From positions 191,396,001-191,460,000 of the forward strand of contig NC_058368.1 in assembly GCF_018350175.1 (NCBI RefSeq): a stretch of 64,000 nt of DNA, read 5' to 3'. This DNA comes from Felis catus. Its lineage: Eukaryota. How positions within the stretch are numbered: position 1 is the stretch's first letter; each line of letters opens with the position of its first letter. This document shows, piece by piece, positions 49,031 to 61,330 of the stretch. Under the pieces are notes generated by a model. That model worked only from the letters and a program-made list of their open reading frames with translations, had not been told where the DNA came from and made no database searches. The translations under genes and the position numbers were made by a program.

Positions 49031-50869
49031 AAAAGATAAGTTAACATGCTTAGCAGCAGGTGTTTGGTTTTTTATTCCCCCTGTCCCATCGGGACCTGTA
49101 TCATTAGGTAGGTTTGCCTACCTAATGCCTGTTTCCAGGAAATTGCCTGTTTCCAATCATCTCCCAGTGACACGTTTTGCAAAAGAACCACTACCACGAA
49201 ATGCCCAAACGCGGCTCAGAAACTAGTGAGCCCTACCTTGAAACCACGTACCACTTACTACTCTGATTTGCCAACGTGTATGAGCATGGCCGTGCCATGA
49301 GATGAGGATAAACAAAAGTGCCTCACCCTCGGATCGTGCTTCCAACAAAGAACATGGACGTAATAGTCCAAAAGGTCTCTCCTAGCTTTAACATTTCACG
49401 AGCTCACGGTGCCATTTAATCGCACAACAGCCCCAAAGAGAAAGCAGACTTATATTATTATATGATTGTTGCCATTTAACAGGTAATAAACCTGAAGCTC
49501 AAACACTTGGATGCCTATTTATTCAATAAATATAAGGAAATCATTGGTACTGCAAGTTGATTTGTAGGCAATCGTACAGTTAAAGTTAATTATTTTCAAC
49601 GCTAGAATAAAAGTCAAGGCATATAAATATTTTTTTGAATATATAGAAATAAAGATTTAAACAAAAATTTACTTAGCTAATTACCTAGAATGTTTTCTTA
49701 AGAACCACTCCTGTGTGCAGATTATTTTTCACAAGCAGGAGAAGTCAAAACATGAATTCGATCTTCCCCTTGTGATCAGGTCTTCATTCACAAGACCCTG
49801 CCTTACGCTTAGTGTCCCTGAACATCAGCCCACTGCTCTTTCATTTTTTCCTGATAATCCCATCATGCCACAAAATAAGGTAGTCTTAACTCATCTTCTT
49901 CTATTGTCTCACTTGGTCTCTTTTTTCTTTCCTTTGTTACTATAAATTCCTAATACTGTAGGCCTGACCTGCCTTTATAGGTTCTCAAATGCCTCTCTCC
50001 AAAAGAATATAAAGTCCACTGTAGAGAGTCTGGCAGGAGGCAGTGCTTTATAAAACTCCAGTATACAGTAGAGAAAATTCATCCCTTTAAAGTTTAAAGA
50101 TCTGTTTCCCCCTGTACAAAAGATACTCAGAGCAAAAAGCTCCTTTTAAAATTCTGGCCCTGTCACTTCATTAATATTTACAGTTTCTCATTGCTGGTGG
50201 TTACTTACTGGGTATCTGAGCACGTTTCTACCGTAAGGGGCAATTTTCCCCCCAGCTTTGTCATGGACCTTTCAAATAATAGATCAATATTCTACTCAGT
50301 GGGTTTATAGTCCTTGCAGACATCTAATTGCCTTTGATTCTTCTTTCCAAAATGTTTTGTTTTATCATGACCTTCCTTTGAACTCCACTTGCTAAGGAAT
50401 GGGTCTATGTTCCCTCTCCAGCCTTCTTCCCTCCCGCCTCTTGGGACTGCAGGCCCTTTGCGCTGAAGGAGCACTGGCTGGCGTGGATGGGAAATGAGCT
50501 GATGCCGGGTTGCTGTCAGCCCATTTGGTGCCACTGTGTCAGTGAAGAAATGGTTCCCATCGCCATGGCAGCCACAGCCCTGCAGGTGCCCAACCTAGTA
50601 GGCAGAGTGCAAATAGGACTCAACACCGCTCACCCCTTCATACAATATCCCTGGGCAGAACATACGCACAGTCTTCACAAAGGTCTTGAGAGCAATACTA
50701 CCCACATCTGTCTTCCATTCAGCCATCCTTCCCAAGCCTCATACAGCATCTGGCCTCATTCAACCACTACCCAAGCCCCAATAGCAACTACAGTCTAACA
50801 CAGGCTGAATTTCTATACAGAGTGTCCCCTGCCCTGTGGGTACCTCTCTCTGCAGTTCTGGGTACAAGG

Positions 50870-51090
50870 CAGAGGCTCAATAGGTCAGAAAGGATCACAC
50901 ATCTTGATGTTCAAATCTTACTTGTGTTATCTATATGACTTTGAGTAATTTAATCAGCCTCTCTGAGCTGTAAAACTGGGAGAGGAACGTCCTTCTCAGC
51001 GTGTTGCGAAGATTAAGTAGGAAGTTGTACGCAAAGAGTTTAGCACCGTCCCTAAAGCAGAAAAAGCTCTCAAAACTGGCAGTTGCTATA
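50870..51090 (+). mobile_element. MIR
   Basis: TGACTTTGAGTAATTTAATCAGCCTCTCTGAGC...GAAGATTAAGT...TTAGCACCGT. Confidence 0.65.
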
Positions 51091-51409
51091 ACTCTCATGC
51101 ATGCTACTTTTAAGAACATTTATTGATGGATAAACTGCCAAGTATTTGCACTACTGAATTTGTTGCCATAATAAGGCATTTTGCCTCACTAGCATGGTAT
51201 TTTGCAAGTTAAAATTCTTGAAGCCCAAAGGACAACTGTGAATGAATATTTAGAAGTCTCCATTCCAAATGATCTGTTAACTCAGAATTCAGGCTTCTTT
51301 CCAAAGAAGTCTGACATTCATAACGTAGGAAGCTCACAAAGAATTTTCACCTTGATTCTCTAACATGCAAATCCTTAAATAGGGATTTTTTTTAACTCTT
51401 TGTGAATCA

Positions 51410-51610
51410 ACATTTGTTGAGCAATTACATGTGCCAGGCATTGTCCTAGGAGCTCATATATACAGTATCTCATTTAAATTTCCCAACAATCTTGAGTATT
51501 AGGCATCATTATCCACATTTTAGAGGTAATCAAACGAGGACTCAGAGGGGTTTGCCTTGCCCAAGGTCATACAGCTAATAAGTCTCATTATAATTCAGCT
51601 TTTATGACTC
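51410..51610 (-). mobile_element. MIR
   Basis: TGTGCCAGGCATTGT...TCTCATTTAA...TTGCCCAAGGTCATACAGCTAATAAGT. Confidence 0.75.
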
Positions 51611-52899
51611 CTAAAGAATTTATCATCATGGCACTCCAATTTTCATTTCCATGAGATCCTGATTACACAGGCAATATCAGGTGCTAAGAGAGAAGTCCCA
51701 GGGGGAAGAGAGGGGCACTAACATTCCTGAGTGGAGAAGCAAGACTGCTAATGGAAACCTTGGCTAAAGTGAAGCACGTTGAAATGATGGTAACTGGCTT
51801 GGACATCCACCAAGTGAAGCTTAGCATTCTCTTGGGGAGGGAGGGCCCCATGTAGGACAGCCGAAACCAAAGAAGGTGCCCTAGAGGCATGTAGCCTTTG
51901 CTCAGGCACCCAGAGGAGTATTTAGTGCAACGTTCCCTTGACCAGGGTAAGGACAGGCTCTTGGGAAGCTGTAACCTCTTGGAGACCTGCCCAGAGACTG
52001 GTTTCTAGGAAGGGGATATCTACTTAGTTTTGAAAAAGACACCCAGGCTTTTTTCACAACAGGTTTCTTTTTGTACCCATAAAGTTTTGATATGGGTGTG
52101 TTGCTCTAATTATAAGAACACTTTAAGTAACAACAAATGCTGGATCTCATCGTTTTCCCGGATTATGCATTATCAACCTACATCTTGCCCACACCAGACT
52201 GGCCATATTTTCCATGTTAATGGCAGTCCGCTACCAGAGCAGGAAAGAAATTTCACAGCCATAGCAGTTGATTCTCTTGGGACAGCATCTGGCATTACAT
52301 GGCACTCAGAGAAGTACCTCTTAAAAAAAACTTAGGACAAACTACTCAGTAGTTGGCAAAAGGAAAGCACGTGATGTACATTAACCTTTTTCTTTTCTTA
52401 CAAACACATAGCAACCTTTACAATATTCTGGGAAAGAATTCCGTTCAAGGTCACTTGTATGCTGGCTGCCTCTCGATTTTAACAGCAATGCTTTTGGACT
52501 TTAAAAATTATATTGTAAGGATTAAAAATATGATTACATACGGGGCAAGATTTTAAAGATGCCAATAGGCTATGGAGTTTTCTGTGTGTGTATAGGTGTG
52601 TATGTGTGTGCATGAGACAGAGAATTTGAGGAGATGATACTTATTATGAGGTGTTATGTCCTGGGCATTATGCTGAAGATTCCACATAAATTTTCTCATT
52701 TAATCCTCACTACCATCTTGGCCATAGACATTCTCATACTCCTTGTAGGGATGGAAGTTAATACTACAGGCACCCACTTCCCCAGGATGTAGTAACTTAT
52801 TAACTTCCCCTTCTCCTTCCTTAGCGTCATCTTAAGTAACATACCCGAAGTAAGAGGTGCTAGAAAAGGCAGATGGCCCTCCCCCTTTCCAGGAGCTGT

Positions 52900-53565
52900 T
52901 GTGATTCTGTCATAGATTCCACTGCTCTAATCCACTGGACCTCTTGCCTTTCTCTCCCCTAACACAACTGTCCAGCTCTCATTATTTCTTGCCTTGGCAA
53001 CTGTCATCTTCTCCTAACGAGACTTTCTAACTCGGGTGCTTGCTCTCCACCTCATCCTACACGCTACCCTCAGAGCTTTAAGATCACGAATCTAATGATG
53101 TACTTCTTCCGTGTTTGAGACGTGGGTGGTTCCCACTTACAGGCAGAATAATGCCCAAAGTGTTCTCAGCTTCACCTCCAGCCCTTCGCTACTAGCCCTC
53201 CCTCAACAACCCGTGGCCTGGCCAGTCATTCTTGGACATTTTCACCTCCAGGTGAAATTTCCATCACAGCCTCCCTACCTCCCAAAAATGCCCAGTTCCC
53301 TACCTTCCTCTTGGTCCCCCCACTGAACGGCACCATGCCTGGCTCACGGCACATGCTCAGAACAGCAAATTTCTCTTCTTCTTACCTTTTTGCACGTGTT
53401 CCCACAGCATTTTGTTTATGACCTAACACACCTTTAAATCACAGTTGCTCATTTATCTGGCTCCCCAGGCAGACCGAGATTCCCACCCAGGCATTTCTTA
53501 CCATCTCACGGCCTGGCATGACGTCCAGCATACCACAGTCCCTAGCAAAAGTTTTCTGAAGAAAT
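52900..53565 (+). mobile_element. L2 3' fragment (diverged)
   Basis: Pyrimidine-rich L2-like sequence ending GGCCTGGCATGACGTCCAGCATAC...TTTCTGAAGAAAT. Confidence 0.55.
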
Positions 53566-54451
53566 AAGGACTTTGGCAGACAGGTAGCACACCCTAAAGG
53601 CACAAACACAGGCCTTGGGTTTCCCGGACCACATTCTGGACGTGCTCGAGCCCTGCAGTTTCAGCAATGGTCTATGACAATAGACATCTCATTTGTCCAG
53701 GAGAGATTTATTCCACTAAAAGATTTTAGCACCAAAATGCTATAATTCTGTAAACGAGGGCTCCAAACATCATAGGGGAATGTCATTTTGATTAGCAAGA
53801 ACAGTCTCTTGTATGATGTAGTAGGAGTTCCCAACAAATGCCTCTGTTGGGTCCCCTCTCTGAATCCAGACATTTTGCTTCCCAGTGCCTCTGCACAAGT
53901 TGCAAAGCTAATCAACAGTCTGGGATACTCCATCCCCACCTTTATTTACATCCTGCTGAGAATATTTATCTATTTTTTTGACCCTGCAAAGATTTTCATC
54001 CTGAGTAATTTATTTTGAAAGCAACAATTGTGCAAATGGACTCTATTCATTCTGTTGATAGTGATAAGCTAAAATAATAATCGGGTACAGCAACCTCTTG
54101 GTTGAAGCAGCAGAGATGGAACAAGGGTCACCTACAAAAAAAGGCATCGTCTTGAGAACATTTCAACAGGATGTTTTCACATGTCTTCTCCGAAAACACT
54201 TTTGGGTTTTTCTTTTGTTTCCGACATGGGAGCAGGACACCCACAGGGTGGGTTTCTCAGTAGGAAGAATTCGGGGCAGGTGGAGAAGGGGTCTAATAGA
54301 GTGTGATTTGGGGTAAATATCATTTTAAGGTATCCTTTACAAGGACAGGGCAGATGACATAATCATCAGAATATTAAAATCCTGGATATTCCTTTTCTGT
54401 CCATCATTAGGTATTTTGGGGCTCATTCTGGCAAACAAAGTAAAAACAAAA

Positions 54452-54452
54452 A

Positions 54453-54496
<44 letters not shown>

Positions 54497-54517
54497 CAGA
54501 CAGACAGACAGACAGAC
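54452..54517. repeat. (GAAA)n(GACA)n compound tetranucleotide repeat
   Basis: Direct reading. Confidence 0.95.
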
Positions 54518-54521
54518 ATGA

Positions 54522-54637
54522 GGGGCCCCTGGGTAGCTCAGTTGGTTAAGCGTATGACTCTTGATCTCAGTTCAGTTCTTGATCTCAAGGTTAAGTTCAA
54601 GCCCCATGTTGGGCTCCATGCTGGGCATAGAGCCTAC
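54522..54637 (+). mobile_element. Short older Can-SINE lacking the CT-rich segment
   Basis: GGGGCCCCTGGGTAGCTCAG head, AGTTCAAGCCCC, ends GGGCATAGAGCCTAC. Confidence 0.85.
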
Positions 54638-54703
54638 AAGGAAGGAAGGAAGGAAGGAAGGAAGGAAGGAAGGAAGGAAGGAAGGAAGGAAGGAAGGAAG
54701 GAA
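54638..54703. repeat. (GGAA)n tetranucleotide repeat
   Basis: About 16 uninterrupted units. Confidence 0.95.
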
Positions 54704-54812
54704 GAAGAAAGGGGGATGAAAGCCATGTTTAGTAAATAACAGATCCTCTTAGAGTATTTGGCAAGGGATGAGGCAAAGGCAAATAACATAAATAAGATCA
54801 TAAGATTTGGAT

Positions 54813-55020
54813 GGGGCGCCTGGGGCTCAGTCAGTTAGGCGTCCAACTTTGGCTCCGGTCATGATCTCACAGTTCTTGGGTTCAAGCTCCGCGTGGGCTC
54901 TGTGCTGACAGCTCGGAGCCTGGAGCCTACTTCAGATTCTGTGTCTCCCTCTCTCTCTGTTCCTCCCCCATTTTCGCTCTGTCTCTCTCTTTCTCAAAAA
55001 TAAACAAACATTCAAAAAAA
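54813..55020 (+). mobile_element. Can-SINE (felid SINEC_Fc-type)
   Basis: Full body; degenerate TSD TAAGAT(C/A)ATA(A/C)GATTTGGA. Confidence 0.94.
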
Positions 55021-55109
55021 TAAGATAATACGATTTGGAGAGTTAACTGTGATTCAGCAGTGATTGGTCAGAAGAAATTAGGGGACAATTCCCTGATACT
55101 GTGACCCTT

Positions 55110-55475
55110 CATCATCCCCATTTTGCAGATGAGAAAACTGAGACACAGAAAGGATAGATAACTTGCCCAAGATCACACAGCAGTAAACTCAAGAGCTCAG
55201 GTTCAAGCCCAGGCTGTCTGACTTCACAGTCTGTGCTTTTAACCACTGCACATACCTACCTAGTTTTGTGTTATAACTCAGTTTGTAGGCACTATGTTAT
55301 TTAATCTTTTCAATCACTGTACAAGATAGTTGCATGCCTCCTTTTTATAGATAAGAACACTAAGACTAGGAGAGGTAAAGAAAATTGCCAAAGGAATATA
55401 GCTTATAAATGGCAGAGGTGGTTCTCAGACCAGGTCTGACTCCAAAGTCCAGGCTCCAAACAGCTACAATGTGCT
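55110..55475 (-). mobile_element. Two tandem MIR copies
   Basis: CCCCATTTTGCAGATGAGAAAACTGAGACACAG and TTTTATAGATAAGAACACTAAGAC cores. Confidence 0.8.
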
Positions 55476-56529
55476 GTAACCTTCGACAGGACAGTCAGTG
55501 TCCACATCTATCAAACGGGAATGCTAACAGTGTTCCTAACACAGTATCATTATCATGACTGAAAAGAGTAAACTCATTTTAGAAATTGCAGAGCTTTACC
55601 CAAACGTGAGGAAAGAATGAAGTAACAAAGGTAAAGGAAGCATCAGATGACTGAGACCACATCCATTCATTCGTGCAACAACTATTTTTGAGCCCCTACT
55701 CAGGCAACAGTCTGGGTGCTAGGCGCTCAACGGTGCCCAGAAACAATCAGTGGGGTCTCTGCCTTGTCGCAGGGCTCCTTCTGGCCTACAAAGACAAGAC
55801 TGAAAGGGAAATGAAAGTCATGTTTCTTAACTAGCAGATGCCTTAAACGTGTACGATGAAATGATTAATTACAGTAGAGAGAGACAATCTAAAGTATTAA
55901 CATCCAAAGTCCCCTCCAACCCTGAGATTTACAGCTCCGTGTTAAGCCTCAAGAGAACAGATAACCTCTATGTTTCCTTAATTCCGAGACCACCAGTTTA
56001 GGGTTACCAGATGACTTTTACTCATTGTAGCAAATTCTACTTTCTATAATAATTACTCTTTGTGCTGTTTAGGGAGAAGGGCCCCCCTCCCTGCCAAAGT
56101 TGCTCCCTGCACCCTGCATCCTATTCCCCCCAGTCTGCTTCTCCCAAACCTGTCTCCCCTCCTACCAACAATCTCTTTATCATCTGACACATCATTCTCA
56201 TGCACCTTCCACGAACTTCAGCCTCCTCTCATGTACACCTTAAGTCACCTCAGTTAAAAATCCATGCCAACGTTAAGCTATTTTAGGTTTTTTTTTTTTT
56301 TCCTTCTTTTATGCACAAACCTCTCCCACAAGCTGTCCATTTTCTGTACTCCCGTAGTTACTGTCACCACGTCCTGTCATTTGCTTCCAACATCACCACT
56401 CTACTGACACCTCGCATAAAGTCTGATGACGGTCTTCTTTGGTTTTCATCATCTCCAACTTCGCTTGGCAATTTTACATAGACCTTTTTGAGCACATTCC
56501 GCTCCTTGAATTCCCTAAGACTGCATTCA

Positions 56530-56780
56530 GGTGGACAAGGGGTGCTGGAGTCCGAGAGAGTGGGAGTCTAAGACCAGCTGAACCAGCTCCCTCGCCGTGC
56601 AACCCTGGACAGACGTTTAATGTTTCTAAACCCTATTGTCTCCATCCCCCAAACTGGGATTAAAACCTATTTTCATTCATTAATTTGTTCTGAGAATCCA
56701 ATCACCCACTGCATGACAAGCCCGGCACATGATAAGATCTCGGTACGTGTCAGCCACCACCATTATTACCATTATTACGT
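56530..56780 (+). mobile_element. MIR
   Basis: CCCAGCTCCCTCGCCGTGCAACCCTGGACAG...GCCCGGCACAT...ATTATTA. Confidence 0.55.
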
Positions 56781-59157
56781 ATGCTGATGACGACAGCGAC
56801 AGCTACAGTGGCCGCTGATGTGCTTCCACCTCTCAAGTCACAAGCTCCTTCTCCTAAGTTGGCTCTTCTTCATTCCATCCTAAGGGAAGGCATCTTCCAT
56901 TATAAGCCCTCAACCACCCACTCTCAGGGAATCCACCTTTGCGTCTACCGTAACCTCGACATAAAGCATAAAAAACTATTTTCGGCATGTCTTCGGTCGG
57001 CTACACTGATATCACCACCACCAGCTCACCATAAACTGTCCACATATTCACCACCAATCTCTGAGAAATATCACGTCTCCCTTGAAGGCTCACACTTGAA
57101 AGCTGGGAATCCAGGGAAATCATTTTCCTCTGCATTCCCCTATCACCAATGACTACACTCTGGATGCTTTATCTTGGCTCTATTTTTTTTTTTTATTCTT
57201 CTTTCCCTTTGACGGTGGTTCAAACGACTACCACGTGCTGATGAACCACAATGACCTTCAAGACTTTCTCTGACTCTGTCCTCTTTTCTTTGGTAAAACA
57301 TCCACCACCAAGGCCGGTTTCATGTTACTTTCATCACCGGTGCTGTTTAAGAACTTAAAAGCTTCTTTATGAGTTAAGGTCAGGCTCCTCACTCTGACAT
57401 TCAGCTCCTCAATCCATTCATCCCATCCTCCCATCCAAAACTGTCTTTAGAGATGGCCAATGGGTGCTCTGCTTTAGGCTCCGTCTTTCCTTTATCCACC
57501 ACATAAACTGTGCCCATTCCAGTCCTCACTGTTGCACTTTTTTAGTCTTCTCATCCAGACCCCTGTGTCCTTCCGAACAATCCAGTTCATACTCCCTTCC
57601 GAGTTCTACACAAATTCTACTCTCATGTGTGCCAGGAGAGGGCGGGGCGCAGGGGAGACCAACTTTCCAGACTAACTTTGGGTCTGACAGGCCTGCGTTG
57701 GAGTCCTGATTGTGCTTCCAACAAACCCATGTGATCCGAGACAAGCTGCCTCACTTCTCTGCGGCTCATCTTGCTTCATCCAGGAAACACACATTGCAAG
57801 CAGCAGCGGTTCTCAAATTGTGGCCCACAGACCCGTCAGGCTGGGGTAGGAGATGGGCTCCGTATCCCCAGATCCTCTCAAGGAGTCTGCAGTGACAAAA
57901 CCTCTGTATAATAACACCAAGATGTTGGCTTTTGTCCCTGCTTTGACACTCGCCCTGATGGTGCAAAAGTAACGGAAGAGAAAACCGCTGGCGCTTCGGC
58001 CCGGACACCAAAAGTAACACAGCAACATAAGCAGCGGTACCAAAGTAGCATAGCAATCATTGTACTCATCACCACTCAGTGCCGACAGACAGAGCAGGAG
58101 AGCGAGAGAGCAAGAGAGAGAGAGAAGAGCAAAGTTTTCTTGCACATACTGCCTTGATGAAGTATTAAATATGATTGATAATATTAAATCTGGGCCCTTG
58201 GATGCTCATCTTTTAATATGCTCTGTGACCAGATGGATGTTACAGAAGGCACTTCCTTCGCTCAGTAAAGCACTATGACCATCCCAAGGAAAAGCGTCTG
58301 GGCAACGGTTTGAGTTGTGAAGTGAAACTAGCAGTCTTGGCCACACAGCCTCCTGTTCACTTGAAGTAGCGACATGCATCCTGTGGTTACCGGGACCTGG
58401 ATACGGGGTAAACATTTTCTTAAAAATGAAAGAAGCAAGCCTGTCCCTTCAAGGAAGACAATCGACAACATTCATCACCGATTTTGGAAAACCTGCATTT
58501 GACACTCTAATGGCTTGAGAGCTTCCTAAAACAGAAAGACTTCTCTGATGAGACGGGTGGCAATACTAACACAGGTGACATTTAAAAACTAGCTAATAAA
58601 ATATGTCAGCAGTTGGATATCTGCATCATTCAGGGAGTCAGTATTTTCCAAATGACAAATGTATGATGTTACAACATTGTGCCTGGGTAACATGCAAAGT
58701 GATCAGTGGATGTTAAGTTACCAGAATAAAACAGCTAATGTTACCTCAGATTCCCCATTACAACTCACTTTCTAGAAGCCTCCACCTGTTGAGTTTTAGT
58801 TTAGCATCCAAGGACAATATCCACAATCATCTAAAAAGAATATTAAAGAACGCCTTCCTTTTCCACTCTATATGTGTGTGAGGTCAGATTCTCTTCATAT
58901 ACTTTAACCACAACCATACATCGCAAGAGACAAATGTGACAATTCAGACATCTTCTATCAAGCTAGACATGAAAGAGACATGCAAAAAAGTACATCAGTG
59001 CCATTCCTTCCACATTTTAAAACTTTGTAAATGATAGTATTTTCATGAAATGTATGTTATCTGTTAACATACGAAGGGTATTATTTTAAATTAATCAATC
59101 ATTGTTAAATGTTTTGGTTTTAAATCTTAATAGTTTTAATTCCCCTCATTAATTCTT

Positions 59158-59376
59158 TTTTATTTTTTTTAATGTTTTTATTTATTTTTGAGACAGAGAG
59201 AGACAGAGCATGAGCAGGGAAGGGGCAGAGAGAAGGGGGAGACACAGAATCTGAAGCAGGCTCCAGGCTCTGAGCGGTCAGCACGGAGCCCAACGCGGGG
59301 CTCGAACTCACGGACTGTGAGATCATGACCTGAGCTGAAGTTGGATGCTTAACTGACTGAGCCACCCAGGCACCCC
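59158..59376 (-). mobile_element. Can-SINE nested in the Charlie element
   Basis: TSD CCTCATTAATTCTT at 59144-59157 and 59378-59391. Confidence 0.95.
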
Positions 59377-59456
59377 TCCTCATTAATTCTTAATATAGCA
59401 ATTAAACATCAATATCTGTAACCCACATAAACAAAAGCTCTTTCGGGGTCTCAACG

Positions 59457-59655
59457 TTTTTTTCTTAGGGGGAGAGAGAGCACGCCCAGGCTGGGGAGGG
59501 GCAGAGGGAGAGAAGGCAAGTGAGAGAATCTTAAGTTTCAACACCCAGCACGAGCCTGACAGCCTGAAGTGGGGCTTGATCTCACCACAACGAGATGAGT
59601 ACCTGAGCCGAAATCAAGATTTGGGTGCTTAATGATGGAGTCACCCAGGTGCCCC
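59457..59655 (-). mobile_element. Older Can-SINE nested in the Charlie element
   Basis: Ends GTCACCCAGGTGCCCC; diverged body. Confidence 0.88.
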
Positions 59656-60000
59656 AGCATCACAGTGATTTTTAAAAGTCTAAAGGGGTCCTGGAACCAA
59701 GATTTTTGAAAATTGCTGGCACAGGTTGTTTTGAAGGTTTAAATGTGCTTGCTTATGGAAAAATCCCAGCACTAACTCTGGTAGATGGTGGGCACTCAGT
59801 AACATTAGGCTTCTCACAAACATTTAAGCATAATTTATACCAGAACATATGTTCACATGTTTTTGTAGTTTATCCAACGAGATTAAAGTAACTTGTTCAG
59901 GAGAAGATCAGGAATCCTACCATTTATTTAGCTGGGTTTTATTTAGTAAGTGCTTCATTAACTCTTTCGGTGGCTAAAGCTGTATTCAAATTCCATTTTT

Positions 60001-60242
60001 TTTATTTTATTTTGTTTAATATTTTTTAATGTTTATTTATTTTTGAGAGAGAGAGAGGGAGAGAGAGAGAGAGAGAGAGAGCAGGGGAGGAGCAGAGAGA
60101 GAGGGAGACACAGAATCCGAAGTAGGCTCCAGGCTCTGAGTTGTCAGGATAGAGCCTGACACAGGGCTTGAACCCACGAACCGTGAGATCATGACCTGAG
60201 CTGAAGTCGGACGCTTAACCGGCTGAGCCACTCAGGTGCCCC
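60001..60242 (-). mobile_element. Can-SINE (felid SINEC_Fc-type)
   Basis: TSD TCAAATTCCATTTTT at 59986-60000 and 60243-60257. Confidence 0.95.
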
Positions 60243-60379
60243 TCAAATTCCATTTTTAAAAATGTCATTCATCAAGATTGCAATAGTAATTTCAAATTCC
60301 TCTGCATTTGAAACATTTTCATTTACCTTTAAAGGTAATACTTCCAATCACTCCAATAACCCAGCCCTAGAAACCACTT

Positions 60380-61330
60380 TTCTGTTTATCAATCCAAGCC
60401 AAACCCATCTCTGGCCAGGATTACTTCAACCCTCTACTGAAAGACCTCCCTGTCCTCACCCTTGCCACCCTTTAGAATTAGCAACATAGCAGCCAGAGCC
60501 GTCCTGTTGAAACAGAACTAAGGGGCATCTGGGTGGCTCAGTCGGTCAAGAGTCAGACTTTTGGTTTAGGCTCAGGGCATGATCTCAAAGTTTCGTGGGT
60601 TCAAGCCCCACATCAGGCTCTCGCTGCCAGGACAGAGCCTGCTTAGGATTCTCTCTCTCCCTCTCTCTGCCCTTCCCTTCCTCGTACTGTCTCGGTTTGT
60701 CCGAGACATAAATAAACTTTATAAAAATAAAACAGAACTGAGATCATGCCTCTACTCTGCACAAAATTTTTCTACAGCTTTGTAGTACAGCCATTAGCTA
60801 GGAGCACCTCCTCTGTAGCACCGCCATCCAGCTCACAGCACAACCAGTGTCCTTGCTGTGACACCCACATCTTGCTCCCACCTCCTCTCTGAGCTCACCT
60901 CCTACTGTGCCCCCTCCTGATCAGGCCACTCTGCTCTGGCCCCCCAGTCTCCGGGCTATTCTCCTGACACACCAGATCTCCATGCACTTATTATTTTCAC
61001 CTCCGGAAAATGTTCCTCCAGGGAGCCCTCACTTTTTTCAGGGAAACTCTCCCTGGAGACCTAACTGAAATTGCCATTAGCCAGCAGCCCCCTTTCCCAC
61101 ACACCCACATCCCACCCTTCCGCCCCCACTCCCCTTCCCTCTGTGCATGTATTATTATTCTCTTTGGCAATTTCCTCTGGCTAACATACTTGTTTGATTA
61201 TCTGTTTGGTGACTGTCTCTCCGTTGATGCACAATTTCATTGAGGGAAGGATTTTTGTCTGTTTTTCCTATTATGCACCTGACACACAGTATACGCTCCA
61301 TCCCGTATTTGTTGAATGGAGAAATGAATG
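60380..61330 (+). mobile_element. L2 3' portion split by a SINE
   Basis: GCAGCCAGAG...GATCATG L2 motif across the SINE; ends TATTTGTTGAATGGAGAAATGAATG. Confidence 0.7.
60522..60729 (+). mobile_element. Can-SINE
   Basis: Flanking repeat AAACAGAACT at 60510-60519 and 60730-60739. Confidence 0.92.

Larger units (their letters stand above)
57804..59718 (+). mobile_element. hAT DNA transposon, Charlie1a-like, both ends present, split by two SINEs
   Basis: 5' CAGCGGTTCTCAAA, internal CTGATGGTGCAAAAG, 3' AACCCACATAAACAAAAGCTCTTT...AAAGGGGTCCTG...TTTGAAAATTGCTG. Confidence 0.85.
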
